A stretch of 64,000 nucleotides of DNA from positions 1 to 64,000 of the IMG/VR virus record IMGVR_UViG_3300023179_000069. One strand, given 5' to 3'. The position numbers were made by a program, and so were the translations under genes. Shown here in pieces: positions 37,609 through 47,747 of the stretch (the stretch's first letter is position 1; every line of letters begins with the position of its first letter). The DNA comes from a virus. Below the pieces are notes generated by a model that did no database searches, was not told the DNA's origin, and saw only the letters and a program-made list of their open reading frames with translations.

Positions 37609-38220
37609 ATGACAAAAAAATGTTTATTTGAAAAATGCGAAAATGCATTATATGCAAAAGGATTATGTTCTGCACATTATTCTCAAAAAAGAAGAAATAC
37701 AGAATTAAGACCAATTGTTATTAAAACAAATCAATCTATTTATCCCTGCACTTTTGAGGGGTGTGTAAATACAATACAGGCAAAAGGACTTTGCGGAGCG
37801 CATTGGAGACAAGCCCACCTTGGTAAAAAATTAACAAAATTAAAAAATCAAGAAAGCATTATGGAAAGAATTATGAGTAATGTTTTAGTTTATAATGATA
37901 CCCCCGATGGATGCTGGATATGGACTGGAAGACTTGGTGGAAAAAGGGGATACCCTCAAATTTCATTGGGTGGTAGACAAACAATGGTTCATAGAATAGT
38001 TTTTGAAGAAATAGTTTCTGAATTAGAACCGGGGCAAACAATAGATCATTTATGTAGAAATAGATTATGCGTAAATCCTGAACATTTAGAGGCAATTACA
38101 CTAAGAGAAAATGTTAAAAGAATGCATGCCTACAAATCTTTAGAAAAAGAAAACAAAAAACTTATTGATTTTATTGAATCAATAGGATATGATTATCAAA
38201 CTCTACAAAAGAAAGGATAG
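37609..38220 (+). CDS. HNH homing endonuclease with two N-terminal Cys/His repeats
   Basis: 'CWIWTG', 'HRIVF', 'DHLCRNRLCVNPEHL'; two 'C....C...AKGLC.AH(Y/W)' units; own promoter at 37594. Confidence 0.85.
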   Translation: MTKKCLFEKCENALYAKGLCSAHYSQKRRNTELRPIVIKTNQSIYPCTFEGCVNTIQAKGLCGAHWRQAHLGKKLTKLKNQESIMERIMSNVLVYNDTPDGCWIWTGRLGGKRGYPQISLGGRQTMVHRIVFEEIVSELEPGQTIDHLCRNRLCVNPEHLEAITLRENVKRMHAYKSLEKENKKLIDFIESIGYDYQTLQKKG

Positions 38221-38228
38221 GTGGTTTT

Positions 38229-38780
38229 ATGCAGACTTTTATCGTTAGTGCTGATTTTAATGAAACAGCATCATCATTAGATAATCGTCGCCTTTAGCTT
38301 AACAAACAATTGCTTGAGGGTCGTCAGATTCTTAAAATTCTAGCTACAGGTCAACAATCTGGCGGTTGGGTAAATCACCCTGCTACTCGTATGTGGCATG
38401 GTTATGAGCGCATGTTCTATAACTATCTTACTGCCATTAAAGATGAATGTGTTTATCGTGGCATCTCCGTTGATGCCAATTGGCAGGCTATTGAAGAATT
38501 AATGCATATAGGCTCGTATAACTTTGGTCCAAACCTAATTGAGCCTTGGTGGTACGCAGATCAAGAAATGCTATTGCGTATTATTCAAACACATCGGGCT
38601 AATCTATACAAGAAAGACCCTGAATATTATTATGAATATGCTATTAATGCTAAGATGTATGATCAAATGCGTGACAAATTAGTATGTTGTCCAAAATGTA
38701 ATTATTGTTGGGCTAGTCATATTGCAAAACAACGACAGGAGAAATCAGATGATGAATTTAGAATTAGACCACTTCCTTAA
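38229..38780 (+). pseudogene. Pyrimidine-dimer DNA glycosylase (DenV/MSMEG_6728-like) interrupted by an in-frame TAG
   Basis: MQTF...LDNRRL*LNKQLLEGRQIL...GWVNHPATRMW...HRANL.KKDP; TAG at 38295-38297. Confidence 0.7.
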
Positions 38781-39072
38781 AGAAGTTCCCACCGGATGGC
38801 ATGATTTAGTTAAAGATACACATAAAAAAATTATTGCTATTGATCCAGAGTATAGAATTAGACAAATTAAAGAAAAGTTTGGTAATCTAAGATATTATTA
38901 TGAACCTTCACGCTTACATATGACTGTAGATATTGATAAAATTATTAGAACTGCAGAGATTGTTTCTTCAGTAATTTGTCAAGACTGCGGAATAGTGGGA
39001 GCAAGTCTTGTATTTAAAAATGGCTGGTATGCTACGCTATGCGACACACACTTTGAAGAATGGAGTAAGTAA
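38749..39072 (+). CDS. Hypothetical protein (QIKEKFG family)
   Basis: 'GWHDLV', 'QIKEKFGNLRYY', 'CQDCG...TLC'. Confidence 0.65.
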   Translation: MMNLELDHFLKEVPTGWHDLVKDTHKKIIAIDPEYRIRQIKEKFGNLRYYYEPSRLHMTVDIDKIIRTAEIVSSVICQDCGIVGASLVFKNGWYATLCDTHFEEWSK

Positions 39073-39545
39073 TGAAGAAGTTTATTGCAAGTATTTTTAT
39101 TGTTGGCGGAATTGCATTAACTTCCCCGGCATTTGCAGATGAAACCCCATCTCCAACCGCCTGCGCGATTGATAGCGATGGGCATTCAACCTGCGATGAT
39201 ATTGTTGTAGATGTTACTAATGTACCAGTTGACGAAACATTAATTCCTATTGATGCACCATTATGCACAGAAGACATGTCAGCATGTCAGCGCGGAGAAG
39301 TTATGTATGATAAAAATATTTCTCAAACTGTCATTCATTCTGAAGATACTCATCAGCATGAAACTTGGTGGGACATCTTTACAGACCCACGACACATTGC
39401 AGCAGAACTAGGCTGGACTATTATTCAGGATGTCTTGATTCTTGGATTGCTTTATGGATTTGTATTTAAAAAGTGCATTCTTCCAAAGCTAACCAAGCGT
39501 ATTCACGAAGATATTGATAAGGAGCATGGAATTGAACATGAGTGA
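39072..39545 (+). CDS. Secreted/membrane protein
   Basis: Signal peptide MKKFIAS...AFA; C-terminal transmembrane segment. Confidence 0.55.
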   Translation: MKKFIASIFIVGGIALTSPAFADETPSPTACAIDSDGHSTCDDIVVDVTNVPVDETLIPIDAPLCTEDMSACQRGEVMYDKNISQTVIHSEDTHQHETWWDIFTDPRHIAAELGWTIIQDVLILGLLYGFVFKKCILPKLTKRIHEDIDKEHGIEHE

Positions 39546-39918
39546 AGGTATTCTTGAGAATACAGATATTGTTCTTGTTTGTCATAGTCCAGAAAAATGC
39601 ATTGGTGAATATTGTACAATGCACAATAGAAGCAATCATTCCATGCGTTCATTTCCACAACATTGGCGTGGAGATAGAGGAATCATGGAAAGAACTTGTC
39701 CTCATGGAGTAGGGCATCCAGATCCTGATGATCCCAAAACAACAAATTGGGCGGAGTGTGTTCATGGTTGCGATGGTTGTTGTAAAGGCGCATATGACAA
39801 TATTGAAATTGTGAAGAAGTCCTTCATTGATGAGGACTGGAAACTTGGGAAATGGGATAGAGTTCCTTCAATAGTTTGGGACTACATGGAAAGATTGAAT
39901 GGTAAGAAAGAAAAATAA
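39538..39918 (+). CDS. Cys/His-rich hypothetical protein
   Basis: 'MERTCPHGVGHPDPD', 'HGCDGCC'. Confidence 0.65.
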   Translation: MSEGILENTDIVLVCHSPEKCIGEYCTMHNRSNHSMRSFPQHWRGDRGIMERTCPHGVGHPDPDDPKTTNWAECVHGCDGCCKGAYDNIEIVKKSFIDEDWKLGKWDRVPSIVWDYMERLNGKKEK

Positions 39919-40231
39919 AATGAAGCGAAAACATTCTTATAAACAACTTTATCGCATGGTCTATGGCGGTGAGCATGAAGGCGATAAAGGATTGTTACGC
40001 GAATACAACTTTATGCTAGAAGTGTTGAGTGGTTGGCGCTCTCATGCTGATTTTCTTGCAGAGTTGATGAAACAAGACCGCGCCGCTATTCAGCGTATTC
40101 GTGACTTGCACAAGCCAGTCCACAAAGGCGGCTGGATGGAAGCTGAAGGAGGGGATTTCTATTGTTTCTCATGCGTAGATGTGTTGTACCCCTGTTCGAC
40201 CCGCAAAGCATTGAACAGTGAGCAGGGGTGA
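39899..40231 (+). CDS. Hypothetical protein with actinophage-type Zn motif
   Basis: 'AIQRIRDLHKP...CFSC...YPCST'; locally higher GC. Confidence 0.55.
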   Translation: MVRKKNKMKRKHSYKQLYRMVYGGEHEGDKGLLREYNFMLEVLSGWRSHADFLAELMKQDRAAIQRIRDLHKPVHKGGWMEAEGGDFYCFSCVDVLYPCSTRKALNSEQG

Positions 40232-40386
40232 AAATTTATGCTCATAAATGTACAGGCTCACCATCAGAAATTGGTCTTGCGTTACAATGGTGGAAAGAGG
40301 AAGACGAAAAAAATATTTCATTGCGGCTAGGAATTAGCTCTATTGTATTTCGTGTAGGTATTTATTTAGGAGATAGTAAAAAATGA
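40228..40386 (+). CDS. 52-aa hypothetical protein not in the ORF track
   Basis: GTGA and ATGA overlaps with both neighbours; MKIYAHKCTG... Confidence 0.45.
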   Translation: MKIYAHKCTGSPSEIGLALQWWKEEDEKNISLRLGISSIVFRVGIYLGDSKK

Positions 40387-43300
40387 CAGACTTAGTACAT
40401 TTGCATGTCCATTCACATTATAGTCTCATGGATGGACTATGTTCACCCCACGAGTTAATGCAGGCTGCAAAAAATCTAGGTCATACTGCTCTTGCCATTA
40501 CAGATCATGGAACATTGTCAAGTCACCGCGATATGCAAAAGGCAGGGCGGGAATTAGGGGTGAAACCAATCCTTGGCTTGGAAGCATATATCTCAGAAAC
40601 AGATAGATTCGACAAGCGTGATATTAAGAATCGTGACGATAATACTCAGGTATACAATCACATCATTCTGCTTGCTAAGAATCAGACAGGTCTTAGAAAC
40701 TTGCAAACAATGTCTGAGATTGCTTGGACTGAAGGTTTCTATCGAAAGCCTAGAATTGATATGGAATTGCTTACCGAATATGGTGAGGGTATTATTGTAT
40801 TGTCCGGCTGCTTAAATGGTCTTATTTCAAAAGCTATTGAGCGTGGAGACATGGCAAAGGCTGAGAGCATTGCCAAGTGGTTCAAAGATAGATTTGGTGA
40901 TGATTTTTACATTGAGGTACAACCACACAATCCCATTGAAATTAATAAGCCTTTGCTAGATATCGCGGATAAATTAAATATCAAGCCTGTAACCACTTCT
41001 GACTGCCATTTTGCCACCTCTAGCCAGAGGGCGCTGGAAGAAGTGTTGCTTATTCTATCTACCAAGCCCAATATCAATCGTGAATTCAATTATGAAAATA
41101 CCAAAAAGATGAGTATGTTTGAGCGGTTGAATTCTATCTATCCAGATAGACCAATCAGTTTTCAGGATATTGATGTGTATCTGCAGAATCGTTCAGAAGC
41201 TCAGGAATGGTATAATAATTCAGGAATTAGTAGAACGGACATTTACGACAATACTCTTGAGATTGCTGACAAAATTGAAGAATATGAGTATTATGAAAAC
41301 CTTTCACTCCTTCCAGTTCCTAAGAAAAGTGCAATTATCCAGCTTGAAGAGATGTGCAATGCAAAGCTTTCTGAAATGGGATTGTCTAGTAAAATCTACA
41401 ACACAAGATTGATGGAAGAACTAGAAGTTATCCGTAATAAAGATTTTGCATCATACTTCCTAATTGTTGCCGACATGGTTAATTGGGCAAAAGAAAATGA
41501 CATTTTGGTGGGACCGGGAAGAGGTTCGGCTGCTGGTTCACTAGTCTGCTATTTGTTAGGAATTACTAATGTTGATCCGATTGAATACGATTTGCTGTTC
41601 TTCCGATTTATTAATCCAGATCGGAATGATTTTCCAGATATTGACACAGACTTTATGGACCGTAGGCGTAGTGAAGTAAAAGAATATCTACGCAAAAAAT
41701 TTAAAAATGTAGCATCTATTTCTACATTCCAATACTTTAAAGATAAAGGGGTGATTAGAGATGTTGCTAGAGTTTTTTCAGTCCCACTGGCAGAAGTTGA
41801 CAAATCACTTAAAAACATTGAGACTTTTGAGGATTTTGAAAATAGCCCCAATACGCTGGAATTCAGGCAAAAGTATCCCGAAGTACTTGAGTTTGCCTCT
41901 CAGTTACGCGGAAGAATTCGTGGTGTTGGCATGCATGCTGCTGGTGTGGTTGTGTCTAAAGAGCCTATTAGTAATATCGCGCCAATTGAAACTAGAAATG
42001 ATACAAATGATAGCGTTTCTGGTCGCGTTCCTGTTGTTGCTTACGATATGGATAATTGTGCAGAATTAGGTCTTATTAAACTCGACGCCTTGGGTTTAAA
42101 AACATTATCAGTTATTTATGATGCTTTAAAATCAATTGAAAAAAGAAGTGGAAAATCAATTGATTTAAATAAAATTAAATTTAACGATAAGGTAATTTTT
42201 GAAGATTTAAGTCAAGGATTTACCAAGGGTGTATTTCAAGCTGAAGCAACTCCATATACTAATTTGTTAATTAAAATGGGTGTGGATAACTTTGAAGATT
42301 TAGTTGCATCTAATGCTCTTGTTCGTCCCGGTGCCATGAATACTGTTGGTAAATCATATGTTGATAGAAAGCATGGCAAGGAAGATATTACCTTTGTGCA
42401 TGAAATTATGAAGCCGTTTACATCTAGAACTTATGGTGTCATCATTTATCAAGAGCAAGTTATGCAGGCATGCGTACACTTGGGCGGTATGTCATGGTCT
42501 GAGGCCGACAAGGTTCGTAAAATTATTGGTAAGAAAAAAGATGCAAAAGAATTTGATGTATTTAGAGATAAGTTCATTGAAGGCGCTTCCCAACATATTA
42601 CAAAAAAACAAGCAGAAACACTTTGGCATGATTTTGAAGCGCATGCTGGATATTCTTTTAATCGTAGTCATGCTGTTGCTTATTCCATGTTGTCATATTA
42701 TTGTGCTTGGATTAAACATTATTATCCAATTGATTTTGTATTTGCATTGCTTAAGAATGAAAATGATAAAGATACAAGAACAGAATATTTATTGGAAGCC
42801 AAGCGTTTAGGAATTAAAGTACTTTTGCCACATGTTAATGAATCCGATTTGGATTTTACTGTTAAAGGTGATTCAATTAGATTTGGTTTAAATAATATTA
42901 AATATATTTCAGATAATATTGCAAGCAAATTAATATCTCAAGGTCCATATAAAAATTATTCACATTTAATTGAAGTATCAAAAACAAAAGGAAGTGGTAT
43001 TAATTCTAGAGCAATTCAAGCTTTAAATGCAATCGGTGCTGCTGCTTTTGATGACAATCCTAGAACGGGTAATGAATCTGAAAATTTGTATGAATATCTT
43101 AATGTTCCTAAATTTGATACTCGCGGCATCACTCCATATTTAAGAGCACAAATAAATCCCATTAGTGACTTCTTGGAAACAGGATGTTTTATTATTATGG
43201 CTATGGTTAAATCAATTAAAAAAGGAAAAGGCTGGTCAAGAGTAGAACTTGTGGATGACACGGGAACGATTGGTATTTTTCATGATGAAAACACTAAAAT

Positions 43301-43655
43301 AGAATCAAACAATATGTATATGTTTCTGGTGGGAGACAATAGAATTCATCATTATGTTACAATTAATGATGTTATTGATAAAAAAGATGATGTTTTTATT
43401 AACTGGATTTATGGCATGGGAGATAAAGATAAGCCATATAATGAAAAGTTTGTATTAGACTTTACCAATTATAAAACAAAGCAGGGAAAAATGATGGCAC
43501 ATGTCATATTGTCTAATGCAGACAAAGAACTTGAAAGAGTCATTGTATTTCCTAAAACATACACTTTGGCACTAGGCAAAATGAAGCCGGGAACTTGGTG
43601 TAAACCCACAATAAGCAAATTAGATGATGGTACAGTATTTATTAAGGAGGTATAA
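40383..43655 (+). CDS. dnaE: DNA polymerase III alpha subunit
   Basis: PHP 'HLHVHSHYSLMDG', 'GRGSAAGSLV', 'PDIDTDF', 'HAAGVV', 'YSFNRSH'. Confidence 0.95.
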   Translation: MTDLVHLHVHSHYSLMDGLCSPHELMQAAKNLGHTALAITDHGTLSSHRDMQKAGRELGVKPILGLEAYISETDRFDKRDIKNRDDNTQVYNHIILLAKNQTGLRNLQTMSEIAWTEGFYRKPRIDMELLTEYGEGIIVLSGCLNGLISKAIERGDMAKAESIAKWFKDRFGDDFYIEVQPHNPIEINKPLLDIADKLNIKPVTTSDCHFATSSQRALEEVLLILSTKPNINREFNYENTKKMSMFERLNSIYPDRPISFQDIDVYLQNRSEAQEWYNNSGISRTDIYDNTLEIADKIEEYEYYENLSLLPVPKKSAIIQLEEMCNAKLSEMGLSSKIYNTRLMEELEVIRNKDFASYFLIVADMVNWAKENDILVGPGRGSAAGSLVCYLLGITNVDPIEYDLLFFRFINPDRNDFPDIDTDFMDRRRSEVKEYLRKKFKNVASISTFQYFKDKGVIRDVARVFSVPLAEVDKSLKNIETFEDFENSPNTLEFRQKYPEVLEFASQLRGRIRGVGMHAAGVVVSKEPISNIAPIETRNDTNDSVSGRVPVVAYDMDNCAELGLIKLDALGLKTLSVIYDALKSIEKRSGKSIDLNKIKFNDKVIFEDLSQGFTKGVFQAEATPYTNLLIKMGVDNFEDLVASNALVRPGAMNTVGKSYVDRKHGKEDITFVHEIMKPFTSRTYGVIIYQEQVMQACVHLGGMSWSEADKVRKIIGKKKDAKEFDVFRDKFIEGASQHITKKQAETLWHDFEAHAGYSFNRSHAVAYSMLSYYCAWIKHYYPIDFVFALLKNENDKDTRTEYLLEAKRLGIKVLLPHVNESDLDFTVKGDSIRFGLNNIKYISDNIASKLISQGPYKNYSHLIEVSKTKGSGINSRAIQALNAIGAAAFDDNPRTGNESENLYEYLNVPKFDTRGITPYLRAQINPISDFLETGCFIIMAMVKSIKKGKGWSRVELVDDTGTIGIFHDENTKIESNNMYMFLVGDNRIHHYVTINDVIDKKDDVFINWIYGMGDKDKPYNEKFVLDFTNYKTKQGKMMAHVILSNADKELERVIVFPKTYTLALGKMKPGTWCKPTISKLDDGTVFIKEV

Positions 43656-43876
43656 TGTCATCACAAGATCAAGGAATTGATTTAACAATTGAGCAGATTC
43701 TTGCTGCAATTCTTAGTACAACAGGAAGAATTGTTGTAACAAAGGAAACATTTTTAAAAGACTACACTAATGCAAATATTAGATTTGAAGAATTAGATGG
43801 TGATTCCGTTGCCATTGAACTAACAAAATTGGAGGTAGCAGATGATTCTGGAACGACTAGCGAAGTTGATGCATGA
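43655..43876 (+). CDS. Hypothetical protein
   Basis: RBS AAGGAGG; 73 aa. Confidence 0.55.
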   Translation: MSSQDQGIDLTIEQILAAILSTTGRIVVTKETFLKDYTNANIRFEELDGDSVAIELTKLEVADDSGTTSEVDA

Positions 43877-44162
43877 TACTGCTAAAGAAAAAGGTTTTTG
43901 GGATGGCGAATATAATTATGATAAAATCGGAAATAAGCTTGCACTTGTACATTCAGAGGTTACAGAAGTATTAGAAGCAATCAGAAAAGATAAAGGACAA
44001 ATAGCAATCGTAGAAGAAATGTCTGATGTAATCATAAGAATATTAGATATTTATCAGGCAATGTATGAACATGGAGATATTACAATTTCTATTGAAAAAG
44101 TATTAAAAGAAAAAATGGAAACTAACAGAAAAAGAGAAAAACTTCACGGAAATAAATTTTAA
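43842..44162 (+). CDS. MazG-like nucleotide pyrophosphohydrolase
   Basis: 'LVHSEVTEVLEA...EEMSDVIIRILD' ExxE...ExxD. Confidence 0.8.
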   Translation: MILERLAKLMHDTAKEKGFWDGEYNYDKIGNKLALVHSEVTEVLEAIRKDKGQIAIVEEMSDVIIRILDIYQAMYEHGDITISIEKVLKEKMETNRKREKLHGNKF

Positions 44163-44170
44163 GGATAATT

Positions 44171-45169
44171 ATGATTGCAGAAGAAATTTTAGCAAAGCTG
44201 GACCCGAAAACTAGACAAAGAGTTCAGCTTGCAACACAAGTAGAAATAGAAAAACAAAAAACTCCAAGTATTGGTCTTAACATTGCACTCAAGGGCGGTT
44301 TAGGCTTTGGTCGTCAGATTCTTATCTGGGGTAATAAATCAGCAGGTAAATCATCATTTTGCCTACAAATGATTGCTGAAGCTCAAAAAAATGGTAAGAC
44401 TTGTGCATGGATTGATGCAGAAGCATCATATTCTGCAGAATGGGCAGAAAAACTTGGAGTAGATTCTTCTACACTTATTTATTCATCTGCTAAAACAATT
44501 AATGATATGGTTGATGTTGCAGTTCAGTTAATGGAAGCAGAAGTTGATGTCATTGTTGTTGATTCTATTTCAGCATTGCTTCCTGCCATTTACTTTGAGA
44601 AAGATGGCGAGGAATTAAAGAATCTACAAGACACCAAACAAATTGGTGCAGAGGCAAAGGATATGACACATGCAGTCAAAATGCTCAACTATGCAAACAA
44701 AAAAACATTACTTGTTCTCATCTCACAACAACGAAATCAATTTGGCAGCATGCATGCTTCCCACATCCCCACTGGAGGAATGGCGGTCAAATTCTTTTCA
44801 TCCACTGTCATTAAACTCTGGTCGTCTGAGGCTGAGGCTAATGCTATTAAAAATGGCGTTCAAGTGGGTGACAAGATTATCGAACAAAAGGTTGGCAGAC
44901 CTGTCAATTGGATTATTGATTACAACAAACTTGGACCCCCAAATCTCTCTGGGCAATATGATTTCTATTACCAAGGCTCCCAGATTGGTGTTGACCAAAC
45001 AGGAGAAGTCCTAGATGTTGCAGAAATGATGGGTATAATACAAAGAGGTGGCTCTTGGTATACAATAGAAGAAGAGCGTTTTCAGGGTAGAGTGAAAGCT
45101 ATTGAATATCTTAGAGAAAATCCTAAAATTGTAAATATTTTAAAGGAGAAAATTTATGGGAAAATATAG
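44171..45169 (+). CDS. recA: RecA/UvsX-like recombinase
   Basis: GNKSAGKS Walker A, 'WIDAE', 'VVDSI', 'TGGMAVKFFSS'. Confidence 0.9.
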   Translation: MIAEEILAKLDPKTRQRVQLATQVEIEKQKTPSIGLNIALKGGLGFGRQILIWGNKSAGKSSFCLQMIAEAQKNGKTCAWIDAEASYSAEWAEKLGVDSSTLIYSSAKTINDMVDVAVQLMEAEVDVIVVDSISALLPAIYFEKDGEELKNLQDTKQIGAEAKDMTHAVKMLNYANKKTLLVLISQQRNQFGSMHASHIPTGGMAVKFFSSTVIKLWSSEAEANAIKNGVQVGDKIIEQKVGRPVNWIIDYNKLGPPNLSGQYDFYYQGSQIGVDQTGEVLDVAEMMGIIQRGGSWYTIEEERFQGRVKAIEYLRENPKIVNILKEKIYGKI

Positions 45170-45344
45170 TAATTTTATTAATCCCAAAATTTCTAATAAT
45201 AATAAATTTGAATTAATTGTAGGAAATTATGGATGTCAAACCTGTCCAAAAGAAACAGAAGAAGCGTGGTTTGATGAAAAACATAATTTAATTTTTTGGA
45301 TATGTTCAGAGGGGCATAGATCGGAGATAAGAGTAGGTGTCTGA
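45156..45344 (+). CDS. Small Zn-binding protein
   Basis: CxxC...CxxxH. Confidence 0.5.
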   Translation: MGKYSNFINPKISNNNKFELIVGNYGCQTCPKETEEAWFDEKHNLIFWICSEGHRSEIRVGV

Positions 45345-45642
45345 AAGAGGTGAAGCTAAAAGAGATGGGGCCAAACTACAAAAAAATAGTGGGCGTGGTA
45401 AGTACCAAAAGGGTGATGCCCAATGGAATAATTTCGTGGTTGATTACAAAGAATATGAAAAATCAATTTCAATCACCCCCGACATTTGGAGCAAAATTTG
45501 TACGGATACTTTTAAAGTTGATAGGAATAAATTTCCGGCGCTTAAGCTAATATTAGGAAGTAAAAGTAAAACAAGATTAGCTGTTATTGAATGGTCATTA
45601 TTTGAAGAATTAGTAGAATGTTGGGAGAAAAATAATGAATAG
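45337..45642 (+). CDS. PD-(D/E)xK nuclease, Holliday-junction-resolvase-like
   Basis: 'E...NSG...KGDA...VDYKE'. Confidence 0.6.
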   Translation: MSERGEAKRDGAKLQKNSGRGKYQKGDAQWNNFVVDYKEYEKSISITPDIWSKICTDTFKVDRNKFPALKLILGSKSKTRLAVIEWSLFEELVECWEKNNE

Positions 45643-45802
45643 TTTTGACGAGTGGTATCAATATGGAATTGATAAAGGATGGATTACTCCCGGCTTTTGT
45701 TATACCCATGATGGTGATCCTTACATGAATGATGAAGAGGCAAAAGAATGGGAAGATGGCGGAGATCCATGTGTTCCCGTAGTTAAGGTTTTAGCAGTAT
45801 GA
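45635..45802 (+). CDS. 55-aa protein not in the ORF track
   Basis: MNSFDEWYQYGIDKGWI...CYTHDG...GGDPCVPVVKV; fills the gap with overlaps at both ends. Confidence 0.65.
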   Translation: MNSFDEWYQYGIDKGWITPGFCYTHDGDPYMNDEEAKEWEDGGDPCVPVVKVLAV

Positions 45803-46122
45803 ATGAAACACCATTAGAAGTTGTAAGTAAAATAACTGAATTCAATGATATGTCTGAATTTATGCAAGACAAAGATTTAGACAAAGCATTGGAATTTGTG
45901 ATAAAATTAATACTAAAGCCTGATGTTCCTGCTGCAAAAGCCCCAGAACTTATTGTTCAATTACAGGCTTTAAGTGCTAAATTTGCAATGCTTGCAAGAC
46001 ACTATACAACTCTTGAAAAAGGTGGGGATGCGGCAAAGAAAAAGAATATCTATTACACGGCAAATGATGCCGTAGATAAGCTAGTAGATGCTCTCAAATA
46101 TTCAGCAAAGTTTGGTGTTTAA
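45799..46122 (+). CDS. Hypothetical helical protein
   Basis: 107 aa, translationally coupled to neighbours. Confidence 0.6.
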   Translation: MNETPLEVVSKITEFNDMSEFMQDKDLDKALEFVIKLILKPDVPAAKAPELIVQLQALSAKFAMLARHYTTLEKGGDAAKKKNIYYTANDAVDKLVDALKYSAKFGV

Positions 46123-46901
46123 TGGGAAGAAAAATTGTAGGCAATCTTAAATTTAAGAAAGCAGACGCAGAAGGATTTAATGCAAATGAATTTGCATCTT
46201 TACTTGAAAAAGTATATGAAGGTGATGGAAATCAAAATGGATTTAAACAAAAAACAACATTTAGCCCTAGCACTATTGGTTATGGACATGGCAGCTGCGG
46301 AAGATATTGGTTTATCGCCTTTGAAGGAGCGGAATTTGAAGAGAAATTTGATGCAATGGCTAGAGCCAACATGGATAATGGCAAGGCTGCACATGATAGA
46401 ATTCAATCTAAAATGCAACTTACAGGAAAAGTTAAATTCCTTGAAAAAGAAGTAAAAAGTGAAGATCCTCCAATTCGTGGATTCATTGACCTTGGTTTAG
46501 ACTGGAATGGCGAAGAAGTTATTGGAGAAATTAAAACTACAAAAGAAGAAGTTTATGCACATAAACAATCAAGCATGAAACCATCTCCAAACCATTTATT
46601 ACAAATTCTTACTTATATGAAATTGCGTGGAGCAAAACAAGGATTTATGTTTTATGAAAATAAAAACGATCAAAGTTTTCTTATTATTCCAGTAAATATG
46701 ACTGAATCAAATGAATCATTAATTAATTATGTATTTGATTGGATGAGAGAAGTAAGAAAGAATTGGGAAAATAAAACATTGCCAACAAGACCATTTACAA
46801 AATCTGGCTCACCATGCACATATTGTCCAGTAAAGAAGGTATGTTGGAAAGAACTCGGCGAAGGAGAAGTTGATATAGAGGTTTTAAAGGTTCCAAAATG
46901 A
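46122..46901 (+). CDS. Cas4-like PD-(D/E)xK exonuclease (solo, phage type)
   Basis: N-terminal Cys, 'GFID', 'EIKT', 'QILTY', C-terminal CxxCxxxxxC. Confidence 0.8.
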   Translation: MGRKIVGNLKFKKADAEGFNANEFASLLEKVYEGDGNQNGFKQKTTFSPSTIGYGHGSCGRYWFIAFEGAEFEEKFDAMARANMDNGKAAHDRIQSKMQLTGKVKFLEKEVKSEDPPIRGFIDLGLDWNGEEVIGEIKTTKEEVYAHKQSSMKPSPNHLLQILTYMKLRGAKQGFMFYENKNDQSFLIIPVNMTESNESLINYVFDWMREVRKNWENKTLPTRPFTKSGSPCTYCPVKKVCWKELGEGEVDIEVLKVPK

Positions 46902-47185
46902 TTTGTGCCTATGAAGAATGTAAAAAAGAGTTTGAGCCTAAAACTCATAATCAAAAATATTGTTGCGATGAATGTTGCAGAACTGCCACAAATTTAAAAA
47001 TTAAAGAAAAATATTATAATAATAAAGACAGATTAAAGGGTAAAATTAGATATTGCAAAACTAAATCTTGTGGTACAAAACTTAGCAGATACAATGAATC
47101 TGATGTTTGCACAGTTTGTGAAGCTAAAAAAATAGCAAAAGAAAGACAACAGTTGCTGGATGTGTTAAAAAATGTCGTTGGCTAA
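46898..47185 (+). CDS. Zinc-finger protein
   Basis: Multiple Cys pairs. Confidence 0.6.
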   Translation: MICAYEECKKEFEPKTHNQKYCCDECCRTATNLKIKEKYYNNKDRLKGKIRYCKTKSCGTKLSRYNESDVCTVCEAKKIAKERQQLLDVLKNVVG

Positions 47186-47747
47186 ATTAAAAAAAAAATA
47201 TTCTGGCAGAGTAATTGGAGTTGATGCAAGTACAAATAGCTTTGCTTTTTGCGTTATAGATCAAGACAAAATAATTAAATATGGAGAAATATTTTTTGAA
47301 GGCTCTGATATTTATGAAAGAATATTGGATGCAAAAAATAAAATGGGGGCGCTCAAAAAAGAAAAATTCTTTGATGATATTGATTTTATGGCAATAGAAG
47401 CAGCAGTATCAGTAAAGAGTGTGCATACAGGAATTAAAATGGCTTATGTATTCGGAGCAATTATGGGCGAAATCCTATCAAAAAATATTAAGGTTGTAGA
47501 AATACACCCGCTAACTTGGCAGTCTTTTATTGGAAACAATAATTTTACCAAAGAGCAAAAGCAGGAAGTCAAAAAACAATTTCCGGGCAAAAGTGAAAAT
47601 TGGTACAAAGCAAAAATAAGAGAAATACGAAAGGGAAAAACTAATGAGTTCGCAAGAAGTAAAGGTGTACGCACTAGCTCTGATAATGTTTCTGATGCTC
47701 TGGGCATTGGATGGTATTTTTCACACTCGTTAATGGAGAACAAATGA
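47172..47747 (+). CDS. RuvC-like Holliday junction resolvase
   Basis: 'IGVDAST', 'AIE', 'DNVSDALGI'. Confidence 0.75.
   Translation: MSLAKLKKKYSGRVIGVDASTNSFAFCVIDQDKIIKYGEIFFEGSDIYERILDAKNKMGALKKEKFFDDIDFMAIEAAVSVKSVHTGIKMAYVFGAIMGEILSKNIKVVEIHPLTWQSFIGNNNFTKEQKQEVKKQFPGKSENWYKAKIREIRKGKTNEFARSKGVRTSSDNVSDALGIGWYFSHSLMENK

Noticed and set aside
38295-38297. Genome-wide TAG recoding
   Set aside because: TAG ends several clearly complete genes (3367, 11386, 12796, 38220), other genes are not fragmented, and no CUA-anticodon tRNA was seen
46122-46901. Cas4-like gene as part of a CRISPR-Cas system
   Set aside because: No repeat-spacer array or other cas genes; it sits among recombination genes, as solo phage Cas4-like nucleases do
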